From positions 330,001 to 362,000 of the forward strand of contig CP178758.1 of the NCBI GenBank assembly GCA_047651235.1: a stretch of DNA of 32,000 bases, written 5' to 3'. Source of the stretch: Candidatus Electrothrix yaqonensis (lineage in GTDB: Bacteria; Desulfobacterota; Desulfobulbia; Desulfobulbales; Desulfobulbaceae). This document shows, in pieces, positions 1 through 7,517 of the stretch. Numbering within the stretch: position 1 is the first letter of the stretch; each line of letters opens with the position of its first letter. The notes beneath the pieces were generated by a model, which worked only from the letters and a program-made list of their open reading frames with translations, ran no database searches and had not been told where the DNA came from. A program made the translations under genes and the position numbers.

Positions 1-275
1 ATCCGGTGGGGATGAAAAGGGCTAACGTCTGGGGGCTGCATGATATGTACGGCAATGTCTGGGAGTGGTGTTCGGACAGGTATGATAAGGACTATTATAC
101 CGAGCTTCCGGTAAGGAACCCGTCAGGCACTGACCAGGGAGCAGGCCGAGTTCTACGGGGAGGTTCCTGGGACAGCAGTGAGCGGTTCATCCGCTCGTGC
201 TTTCGCTTCTGCCTTTCACCCGGACTGCGTATTATCCGGGTGGGATTCCGGGTGGCACAGGGAGAGGATGAGTAG
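1..275 (+). CDS. FGE/SUMF1 (formylglycine-generating-enzyme, C-type-lectin fold) domain protein, C-terminal end only; the 5' part lies outside the window
   Basis: The frame of ORF 6..275 stays open to the window edge. WGLHDMYGNVWEWC and RVLRGGSW...VGFRV are core motifs of the FGE-sulfatase domain. Confidence 0.8.
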   Translation, partial: PVGMKRANVWGLHDMYGNVWEWCSDRYDKDYYTELPVRNPSGTDQGAGRVLRGGSWDSSERFIRSCFRFCLSPGLRIIRVGFRVAQGEDE

Positions 276-370
276 GAAAATTCAGGATATTCGGAATGTT
301 CATCAATCAGTTTACTGCACTACCCGGTAGAGACTGAGCAGACAGAATTATACATCAGCGAGCAACCCGG

Positions 371-1063
371 ATGCCGGTTTTTCGACTTCCCAACGAGATA
401 GTTTTTCCCGATCCCCTCTTTGCTGAGCCTGACGGCCTGCTGGCAGTTGGCGGTGATCTTTCGGCACCCCGTCTCCTTGCGGCTTATCAGCAGGGAATTT
501 TCCCGTGGTATTCCGAAGGGGAGCCTATTCTCTGGTGGTCTCCTGCGCCGCGCCTGGTCCTTCTGCCTGAAAAATTTCATCTTCCGCGGCGGCTTGCCCG
601 GACAATCCGAAAAAAAATCTTTGACGTCCGTGCTGATACGGCCTTTGCCGAAGTGATCGCCTCCTGTGCCGCTCTCCGCCGGGAATCAGGCAAAGGTACT
701 TGGATTACAGACGATATGCAGAAGGCATATATCCGACTGCATGAACTGGGTTTTGCCCACTCTGTGGAATGCTGGTCTGAAGACCGGCTTGTCGGCGGTC
801 TGTACGGAGTCTGCCTGGACCGGATGTTTTTCGGGGAATCCATGTTCAGCCGCAGGAGTGATGCTTCCAAGGTTGCTCTGGCCGCACTGGTTCAATATGC
901 TAGGCAGGCAGGAATTCGCGCCATTGACTGCCAGATGACGACGGCCCACCTGCTCCGTTTCGGTAGTCGGGAAATGAGCAGGCATGAATTTGATGAGCTG
1001 CTGGAACAGTTTATTCAGGTGATTGAACCGCAGGCGCGGTGGCGGCTTTCTGAAAATACCTGA
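371..1063 (+). CDS. aat: Leucyl/phenylalanyl-tRNA--protein transferase
   Basis: 230-aa ORF of typical length with the family motifs QGIFPWYSEGEPILWWSP, GGLYGV and FFGESMFS. Confidence 0.9.
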   Translation: MPVFRLPNEIVFPDPLFAEPDGLLAVGGDLSAPRLLAAYQQGIFPWYSEGEPILWWSPAPRLVLLPEKFHLPRRLARTIRKKIFDVRADTAFAEVIASCAALRRESGKGTWITDDMQKAYIRLHELGFAHSVECWSEDRLVGGLYGVCLDRMFFGESMFSRRSDASKVALAALVQYARQAGIRAIDCQMTTAHLLRFGSREMSRHEFDELLEQFIQVIEPQARWRLSENT

Positions 1064-1214
1064 AAGATCAGAACAGAGTAGTGCAGGCTGCAGGATCTGC
1101 GAAGATGGCAGGATATTGGACTTTTGATAAATTTTTAGTTTACTTTCTGCTTTCTAAGTGATTAAGATAAAGGAAATCTGTGCAGTTCCTCATGATACTG
1201 CGGTGTTTTCCGTT

Positions 1215-1262
1215 GTTGATCAGGGCGTATCAGCAACGCCCGACGGAATACGCCTGATCAAC
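1215..1262. repeat. Imperfect inverted repeat in the convergent spacer between aat and the small minus-strand gene
   Basis: gttgatcagggcgtat (1215-1230) pairs with atacgcctgatcaac (1248-1262), with one bulged g and a 17-nt spacer. There is no adjacent T-run on either strand, so it is not a canonical intrinsic terminator. Confidence 0.5.
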
Positions 1263-1464
1263 GTGGAGGAGGAGGAATCTGATTGTGTTTTTTCAGCTTT
1301 CAGGAAACACGAAACATGTCACAGGAGAGGTGTCTCTGCTGCGTCAGCAATATATTTTCCGACATGTTCTTCGCGGTAATAGCTGGTAATGGACGGAGGG
1401 ACGGTAGGTGCAGGATACCAGGAGTACACCGCACCGCCCATGATCGGAGTAAATGATTCGCTCC

Positions 1465-1794
1465 CTATACATGGGCGCGTGAGGTATCCCAGGACTCGGC
1501 AGTCTCTGCTGCAACAGCATACAGCATTTTCGCCAGAACAACGGGGAATGCACAGATTGCGGCAAATGGTGCCAGCGCATAAAAAAGCGGAGAACTTTTT
1601 TTCTCTTGTACTACTGCATACGGCTGTGCATTGTTTTCATCAAGGTATTCGAGTTTGATCCAGAGCGAATTTGCTTTAAAATACTCACGGTCACCGACTT
1701 TTTCAAAGGTGCCTCGGAGAACCTGCCCCTCGCGGAACATCTTTTTCTCAAATGAAAATTCTTTTTTTACCGGGATGCTGTACATAGTCTTCAT
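1465..1794 (-). CDS. Hypothetical small protein (109 aa) with a C-terminal transmembrane helix
   Basis: Part of ORF 1465..1959. I chose the ATG at 1794 (MKTMYS...) because aggagg (rc of 1801-1806) lies 6 nt upstream. There is a hydrophobic stretch LFYALAPFAAICAFPVVLAKMLYAVAA. No family recognised. Confidence 0.5.
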   Translation of the reverse strand: MKTMYSIPVKKEFSFEKKMFREGQVLRGTFEKVGDREYFKANSLWIKLEYLDENNAQPYAVVQEKKSSPLFYALAPFAAICAFPVVLAKMLYAVAAETAESWDTSRAHV

Positions 1795-2147
1795 GATTTT
1801 CCTCCTGTTATGATCAAAGGTATTACCTTTTATATGCAACAGCCGTGCCATACCTGTCGAATTCCGTTTGTTATCTATGCGAATATCGTATGTCTTATTT
1901 TTGCCTTGTTTTCTGATGGGTTGAGTTGGCAATTCTTCCCGAAAAATATTTATTATCAATATGTTGACCTGTAAAAAGGTTCAGGAAAGTGAACTTTTCG
2001 TGAAGAGGTATATAGAAATTTGTTCCGGTGGCCGCCTGAACGTTATTGTCAGAGAAATCAAAGCCTCACCATAACCATAGGAGGTGCGCGGGTGGGGCAG
2101 TAAAAAATAGAGCGCAGCCTCCTGTTTTAACAGGAAAGGAGAATAAA

Positions 2148-2651
2148 ATGGCTGAGATTACCGTAGAAATTCATTCCCTGTTTAATTTGATCAACAGCAG
2201 GGACATTCGCCCGAATCAAAAGTTTACTTTCAAGGTGACTGCGACCAACCCGTCTGCACCGGATGCGGTGCGCCTTGAAAATGTCCGCTACCATGTCCGG
2301 GTGGAGGATCCGGCAATAGCAAAGCTGATTGTACCTGCTGAAAACCCTGACGAGTATAGAACCGGGTATAAAGGGAAGGATGCTGCTTCCGGAGAACTTG
2401 TTGAACTTGCCCCGAATGCGGAGGTTGATGAAATGTATCTGTTTCCCGGAGCAAGCAGCGGTCCGGTAACCATCGGGGGGACCAGTCCGGTGATTATTGA
2501 CCGCGCCCGTGAGTTAGGTGTGGGAGACAGTGACGTCCTTGAACTGAAAGGCAAAGCCCTTGCAACCGGCAGCACGCAGCTCACCTGCCAGGTAAGCGGA
2601 GAACCTGATTTGGCGATTCCGCTGGCAACCGAGCCGCTGGAGGTAATCTGA
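2148..2651 (+). CDS. Hypothetical protein (167 aa), no signal peptide, no recognisable family
   Basis: Part of ORF 2046..2651. I chose the ATG at 2148 (MAEITVEIH) because aaggag (2136-2141) lies 6 nt upstream. A strong terminator follows the gene. Confidence 0.6.
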   Translation: MAEITVEIHSLFNLINSRDIRPNQKFTFKVTATNPSAPDAVRLENVRYHVRVEDPAIAKLIVPAENPDEYRTGYKGKDAASGELVELAPNAEVDEMYLFPGASSGPVTIGGTSPVIIDRARELGVGDSDVLELKGKALATGSTQLTCQVSGEPDLAIPLATEPLEVI

Positions 2652-2712
2652 CAGCTGGGAAGAGGGTTTGTATCTCCGGGTAGTTTTCACGACTAAAGAA
2701 ACAAAGCTTACT

Positions 2713-2750
2713 GGCCGCTTTCAGAGCTCCTGAAGGCGGCCTTTTTCTTG
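2713..2750 (+). terminator. Rho-independent terminator downstream of the 167-aa gene
   Basis: A 12-bp stem ggccgctttcag / ctgaaggcggcc (one G-U pair) with the 5-nt loop agctc is followed directly by tttttcttg. Confidence 0.8.
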
Positions 2751-2869
2751 TTTGCCTGACTTGTTTATCCAATCCCCCGCCGGGCATCGGAGATCTCGAT
2801 GTATGTGGATGCCCAGAAAAACTGCATTGGAAGATGGGCATGCCAAGTGTCATTACATTAGGAGATTTA

Positions 2870-4225
2870 ATGTCAACAGTCCATGATCTCTCAAAGGACG
2901 AACAGGCACAGGAAGCCTTGTTTTATCGCTTCCTTCATCAGTTAAACATTTGCTCAAAGACCAAAAAACGTCTCATCAAGAAGGGCAGCAATTTGTTTTT
3001 CAAGATGGAATTAAAACAAGACAGTTCCGTCAAGACGGAATTTGGCACACCAGACCGACAGACAATAACGGAGTTAGCCGTTGTGATTGAACCACTTGTT
3101 CGTCAGGCTTCGGATATTTATTATGGTGCCATCTTTGAACTATGTCGCCAGAACAGAGAATCACCAGAGCTTACTACGTTTATCGCCGAGGCAACTTCCG
3201 TAGCACAGAAGATCAGCCAAGGTACCATGCGGCTCAATCTGAATGGGGAAGACCTGACGCCTGCTTCAATTTACGAAAAATTCATGAATAAGATAGAGAA
3301 GGCGGACGGAAGAAATGCTAGGAAGTATGAATATAACCTCAGCCGAGACCCTTACGCGCACCAGTTACTCTTCTATGAGTATTATAATTACTGCATGGAT
3401 ATGGTTAGATTTATGCTTTGGATACAGGGTGTTATCAAGAAGGAAAGGTTTCTCCCGGAAGGAGCATGCCGAGATTACCTTTGCATAATTTGTCGGCGTA
3501 GCGGGGAAGAGGCGAAATTTACCAAAGTAGAACATACCCTGCCAGAGGCTCTTGGCAATACGCACAGCATGTTGCCACGCGGCTATTGTTGTGATGAGTG
3601 CCAGAAGCTAATGGCGCCGGTCGAAAATAGAGTGGTGAATATGCCGCTCTTTTCCATAATCCGTCTGATGTTTGTGAAACACACGAAGGCTGGCAGATTT
3701 CCAAACGCAAAGTTCACCCAAGCGCATTATTACAAGAGAAAGCCCAATCACTTCGAAATCGACAGCTTTAGCGGGAAGAGGATGGACGATTTCACGATAA
3801 CTAACTCTGCAAAGTTTGACCATATTGCCTTAGGCCGCGTTAAGTTTGACCATATTGCCTTAGGCCGCGTTTTGGTTAAGGCCGCTCTTGGTGCCATGAC
3901 GTTGGAGATTGGCCGCGACTATGTGCTGAATGAACGTTTCGATCCCGCTCGGAAATTCGTTCAAACGGGGAAAGGCCTGCATGTAAGATTGCTCATGCAG
4001 AAGGAGGGTGCCCCGGACCGCCAGATGAACATTTGCTGGCACGATCTTCCAGATGGACGTGTTGGTGTCATCATGTATATTTACGGTGTTCACTTCATAT
4101 TCGCAGTGACACCTGTTCCTGATGAGGAACCGCCACCAAAAAAGATTATGGAAAAGATGGAGGTCGTCGAACTCTGGAACCCACGACCAACGCCGCATTA
4201 CCGGCTGAAGGAAATCACGGGTTAA
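2870..4225 (+). CDS. HNH-motif (His-Me finger) putative nuclease, 451 aa, with uncharacterised N- and C-terminal regions
   Basis: Part of ORF 2834..4225. I chose the ATG at 2870 (MSTVHDL), which has aggag 6 nt upstream. The central signature is CIIC-x11-VEHTLPEALGN-x12-CCDEC (CxxC ... EH.xPxxLG ... CxxC). The flanking ~210 and ~190 aa are unassigned. Confidence 0.7.
   Translation: MSTVHDLSKDEQAQEALFYRFLHQLNICSKTKKRLIKKGSNLFFKMELKQDSSVKTEFGTPDRQTITELAVVIEPLVRQASDIYYGAIFELCRQNRESPELTTFIAEATSVAQKISQGTMRLNLNGEDLTPASIYEKFMNKIEKADGRNARKYEYNLSRDPYAHQLLFYEYYNYCMDMVRFMLWIQGVIKKERFLPEGACRDYLCIICRRSGEEAKFTKVEHTLPEALGNTHSMLPRGYCCDECQKLMAPVENRVVNMPLFSIIRLMFVKHTKAGRFPNAKFTQAHYYKRKPNHFEIDSFSGKRMDDFTITNSAKFDHIALGRVKFDHIALGRVLVKAALGAMTLEIGRDYVLNERFDPARKFVQTGKGLHVRLLMQKEGAPDRQMNICWHDLPDGRVGVIMYIYGVHFIFAVTPVPDEEPPPKKIMEKMEVVELWNPRPTPHYRLKEITG
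3812..3871 (+). repeat. Perfect 2 x 30-bp tandem direct duplication inside the HNH-motif CDS (in frame)
   Basis: aagtttgaccatattgccttaggccgcgtt occurs at 3812-3841 and again, identical, at 3842-3871. It translates as KFDHIALGRV KFDHIALGRV. Confidence 0.95.
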
Positions 4226-4248
4226 CAGCTTATCGAGGTATATTGCAT

Positions 4249-5535
4249 TCACCCTGATCTACGCCTCGGCCGCATCAGCCGCCGGACATTCAGCTCGGTA
4301 AAGGAAATCAGGCCATGCGGTCGGAAGATCATAATGAGGATGAGAATCAGGGGGATGATGATCCACTTGAACAGTTCCAGCGGTCGGAGGGCCTCGCTGA
4401 GTACGGAGATGCTGACCGCGCCGACAATGGAGCCGACAATAGAATTCAGGCCGCCGAAGTAGACCATTGCCAGAATCTCGGCCAGTTTCTGGATGCCGAA
4501 GGTGCCGGGATTGATATAGCGGAGCACATGGGCGAACAGGCCGCCTGCCACCCCGGCCCAGAAGGCGCCGAACATAAAGGCGGTCATCTTGGTTTTGCGG
4601 GTATTGACGGTCATGGAGTCGGCTGCGGCCTCGTTGTCCCGCACCGCATTCAGGGCCTTGCCCATGATTGAGGTGGTGAAGTTGTGGATGATCCAGATGC
4701 AGAGGACCGTCCAGATAAAGACTACAGGCAGGGAGGAATAATCCGGCTGACTGCTCATACCGCGCGGCCCGCCGATGATTTCCAGGTTTTCAATGGCGCT
4801 TTTGACGATGAACATAAAGGCTAGGGAAATAATCGCCAGATAATCGCCTCTGGTGCGGAAGGAAGGAATGGCGACGATAAGGGAGCCGATTGCTGCTGCC
4901 GCTCCCCCGGCAATCAGGATCAGGGGAAAAAGCCAGGGGCCAAGCGACGGGTTGAGCAGGGCAGGGCCGAACAGCTTGTCATCGGCAAAGAGCCACAGGG
5001 TCAGACTGGAGGAGGTATAGGCGCCTAGGGCCATGAAGCCGGGATGAGAGCAGGAAAACTCGCCCTGATAGCCGTTGATGATATTCAGGCTGATGGTCAG
5101 AATGATGGCGATCATGGTCAGCTTGACCACCAGAACCCGGTAGTCATTGATCCCGGCCCAGAGATGAAGGATGCCATAAAAGGCGGCCAAGTGGAGCAGG
5201 GTGGCAACTGAGGTCGGCATTTTTTCGAGCAGCCCGGCAAGCCGGTTGGTCAGTCTGGCGGACAGACGACCGACAAGGAGGATGGGAATGATATAGATGA
5301 GCAGGTCATAGCCGATCACGTTGGGAATGAGCGACGGCTCTTTCAGTATGACAAGAGTGCCGAACAGCACCGGTATCTTGGGCAGGTAGAGGTAATAGGA
5401 GATCGCATCGCCGAGATAGTATTCCAGCAGAGCTGCAGCCATACCGCCGAGGAGCCAGCCCGATAGAGGAATGACAGAGAATTTTTTGAGGAGGTTACGG
5501 AGTTTTTGCATGGCAGTTAGCTCGGTTTCTATCAA
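4249..5535 (-). CDS. livM: Branched-chain amino acid ABC transporter permease, LivM type
   Basis: Polytopic membrane protein of LivM length containing NIINGYQGEFSCSHPGFMALGAYTS and a C-terminal FRPHGL-type tail. The longest ORF starts at TTG 5535; the alternative ATG at 5511 (MQKLRN) is equally possible. Confidence 0.85.
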   Translation of the reverse strand: MIETELTAMQKLRNLLKKFSVIPLSGWLLGGMAAALLEYYLGDAISYYLYLPKIPVLFGTLVILKEPSLIPNVIGYDLLIYIIPILLVGRLSARLTNRLAGLLEKMPTSVATLLHLAAFYGILHLWAGINDYRVLVVKLTMIAIILTISLNIINGYQGEFSCSHPGFMALGAYTSSSLTLWLFADDKLFGPALLNPSLGPWLFPLILIAGGAAAAIGSLIVAIPSFRTRGDYLAIISLAFMFIVKSAIENLEIIGGPRGMSSQPDYSSLPVVFIWTVLCIWIIHNFTTSIMGKALNAVRDNEAAADSMTVNTRKTKMTAFMFGAFWAGVAGGLFAHVLRYINPGTFGIQKLAEILAMVYFGGLNSIVGSIVGAVSISVLSEALRPLELFKWIIIPLILILIMIFRPHGLISFTELNVRRLMRPRRRSG

Positions 5536-5579
5536 TTTATCTTTAGAGCAAGAGGACGGGCCGGATAACGACTTATTTG

Positions 5580-5906
5580 CTAAAACATTCCTTTCTCGTT
5601 ACAGTCCGGGCCATAGGTACATTCAGCCCAGCGGACTTTGCCTTCCTTAGGCCCGTCTCCTGCATCGATTTTCTGATCTTGTGCCCGGCATGCATCTGTA
5701 GGCAGATGGGTATGCATGATGGCCTGAGAGTGTTTCAGCCATTTCCCGGTGAACTGACTTTCCTTCTCAACAACAACACAGTTTGTAATATCGGACTTCC
5801 GGCAGAAATGTCCTCTTGTCAGGAAAAACAACCCGATAGTGGACAGAATAGTGATGGCGGAAAATATTTTCGGGATACCTGAGATTATCTTTTTGTCCGG
5901 AGCCAT
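5580..5906 (-). CDS. Hypothetical small Cys/His-rich protein (108 aa) with an N-terminal membrane anchor
   Basis: The ORF has an N-terminal hydrophobic helix IISGIPKIFSAITILSTIGLFFL followed by a polar Cys-containing domain. It has no clear SD and no recognisable family. I preferred it to the overlapping plus-strand ORF 5577..5882. Confidence 0.35.
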   Translation of the reverse strand: MAPDKKIISGIPKIFSAITILSTIGLFFLTRGHFCRKSDITNCVVVEKESQFTGKWLKHSQAIMHTHLPTDACRAQDQKIDAGDGPKEGKVRWAECTYGPDCNEKGMF

Positions 5907-6090
5907 AAGAGCGGTGCGCTGTTCGGTTCAGGATTATCTCGAAGTTTCGGACAGCTTCAGTCCTTCTGCAGAAAAGTTTTACTCCTTTTCTAACTCGTTA
6001 CGGGCAGAGAATATCATGCTCCGGAGCATTCCGCAATCAGCTTTGTTTTGTTGCTTTGTCGGACAGGGGTGGGCGGCAGGGCAGGGGGCC

Positions 6091-6140
6091 GGAAAGAAAA
6101 ACACCGACCTCGTGCATTTTTGAAGGATGCATGAAGTCGG
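6091..6140 (-). terminator. Rho-independent terminator downstream of lpxC
   Basis: On the minus strand, ccgacttcatgcat pairs with atgcacgaggtcgg (14 positions, one mismatch, one G-U) around the loop ccttcaaaa, followed by tgtttttctttcc. Confidence 0.6.
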
Positions 6141-6191
6141 CGGGGGAAACAGGAGTGCAACAGGACAGAGATCGTCCGGAGGCTGCCCGGC

Positions 6192-7196
6192 TCAAGCCAG
6201 GGCAGGCCGGGGAAGCGGCGGCAGAAGCGGCCCCGCACCGGGAAGGAAGCACGGCTTTTTCCAACCGTTTTTCTTGCCGGTATTAACGACAACAGGTTTA
6301 ACTGTATTGCCGTGTTGACGGAATTGAACGTATTCCCAGCATTCAGGATGATCGACAATGGTCTGCATCAGATTGTGATGCACAGTGTGGCCGCAGCGGT
6401 CTGCAATCACATGCCCTAATACCGGGCTGCCCAGCAGGGCCAGATCGCCGATCAGATCCAGCATTTTATGACGGATGAATTCATCATCAAAACGCAGCCC
6501 TTCTTCGTTCAGGACGGACTGCCGGTTCCAGTGGATGGCGATGACGTTTTCCAGGCTGCCCCCGAGGGCAAGGCCGTTCCGCCAGAGTTCCTCGACCTGT
6601 TCCACAAAACCGAAGGTCCTGGCCTCGGCCAGTTCGCTGATAAAGCGTTCTGAGGTGAGCTCTGCGCTGTAGCTTTGTTCGCCGAGAAAATCATTTTCTC
6701 CGAATTTGATGGTACCGGTTATTTTGAATCCGTTATACGGTTCAATGCGGATGGATTTACCGTCGGCATTGAAGGAGATTGGCCGGGTGATGCGGAGGAC
6801 TTTGCGGAGAGCGCGCTGTTTTTTCAGGCCGCCGCGTTTGAGCAGGTGGGTGAACGGACCGGCGCTGCCGTCCATGATCGGGACTTCGTGGGAGTCAATA
6901 TCAATCCGTGCATTATCAATGCCAGCTCCGTGCAAGGCGGCCATCAGATGTTCGGTGGTGGAAATTTTTTCGCTGCCGTTGCTGATAGTGGTGGCCAAGG
7001 TGGTATCGACAATCTGCTCCATTCTGGCCGGGATAGCAGGTTTTTTCGGGAGATCGGAACGGTAAAAACAGATCCCGCTGTTCGGCGCTGCCGGCCGGAT
7101 GGTTACATTGACCCGTCTGCCGGTATGAAGCCCGATGCCGCGGCAGCTGACAGAACGCCGCAGGGTATGCTGGTGGGGTGTAATATGGATAGACAT
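6192..7196 (-). CDS. lpxC: UDP-3-O-acyl-N-acetylglucosamine deacetylase
   Basis: Motifs GIGLHTG, TTEHLMAAL, EVPIMDGSA and HKMLDLIGDL. SD gaggtg lies upstream of ATG 7196. The protein has a ~40-aa Pro/Gly-rich C-terminal extension relative to typical LpxC length. Confidence 0.92.
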   Translation of the reverse strand: MSIHITPHQHTLRRSVSCRGIGLHTGRRVNVTIRPAAPNSGICFYRSDLPKKPAIPARMEQIVDTTLATTISNGSEKISTTEHLMAALHGAGIDNARIDIDSHEVPIMDGSAGPFTHLLKRGGLKKQRALRKVLRITRPISFNADGKSIRIEPYNGFKITGTIKFGENDFLGEQSYSAELTSERFISELAEARTFGFVEQVEELWRNGLALGGSLENVIAIHWNRQSVLNEEGLRFDDEFIRHKMLDLIGDLALLGSPVLGHVIADRCGHTVHHNLMQTIVDHPECWEYVQFRQHGNTVKPVVVNTGKKNGWKKPCFLPGAGPLLPPLPRPALA

Positions 7197-7410
7197 TCTT
7201 CACCTCTTCTTTTTCGTTCACCGTTGTTCTCTGAACAGCTTCTTCTTTTTCCGGTGTCTCTTCTCTTTTATTATGTCTAAGATGCAAAAGACCGGCCAGA
7301 CGGTGTTCTTTTTTTCCGTTGCCGGAGAAAAGATGCATTGCCGCAAATAATTCAGGCGGATAATCGGACGGTGGCGGAAAGGCCGGGAAAGGTGCGGGTA
7401 GAAAATCCCT

Positions 7411-7465
7411 GTGTCAAAAAAAACACAAACAGGGTTTAAAAATTTGAATGTTGTTTTTTTGACAC
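7411..7465. repeat. A/T-rich inverted repeat in the lpxK-lpxC spacer
   Basis: gtgtcaaaaaaaaca (7411-7425) and tgtttttttgacac (7452-7465) are reverse complements apart from one extra A. The repeat lies 50-100 nt downstream of the lpxK stop on the minus strand. Confidence 0.5.
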
Positions 7466-7517
7466 ACTGCAGGTACGGATTTACAGGCATACCACGCTGT
7501 ATTATTTAATGTAAAAA

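Noticed and set aside
1158-1379. 73-aa plus-strand ORF (GTG start) in the aat downstream spacer
   Set aside because: It has no SD, it contains the 1215-1262 inverted repeat in its middle, and it has no recognisable features.
1319-1441. 40-aa minus-strand ORF (MGGAVYSWYPAPTVPPSITSYYREEHVGKYIADAAETPLL) just downstream of the small membrane-protein gene
   Set aside because: It looks protein-like, but it is very short, its only SD-like ggag is ~19 nt from the ATG, and I have no homology evidence. It is worth a tBLASTN or ribosome-profiling check but is not callable.
4315-4671. 118-aa plus-strand ORF
   Set aside because: It is antisense to livM. The product is Asp/Glu/Gly-rich low complexity.
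5577-5882. 101-aa plus-strand ORF overlapping the 108-aa minus-strand ORF
   Set aside because: Only one of the two can be real. The minus-strand product has a clean N-terminal membrane anchor followed by a polar domain, and the plus-strand product does not look protein-like. Even the minus-strand call is low confidence.
6016-6029. Perfect 14-bp palindrome atgctccggagcat between the lpxC terminator and the 108-aa ORF
   Set aside because: It is short, has no loop (so it is not an RNA hairpin), and is a single occurrence. It could be a binding site, but chance cannot be excluded.
6675-7280. 201-aa plus-strand ORF (with 6706..7065, 6468..6653 and others)
   Set aside because: It is antisense to lpxC, which has unambiguous motifs. 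There is no start context and no recognisable motifs.
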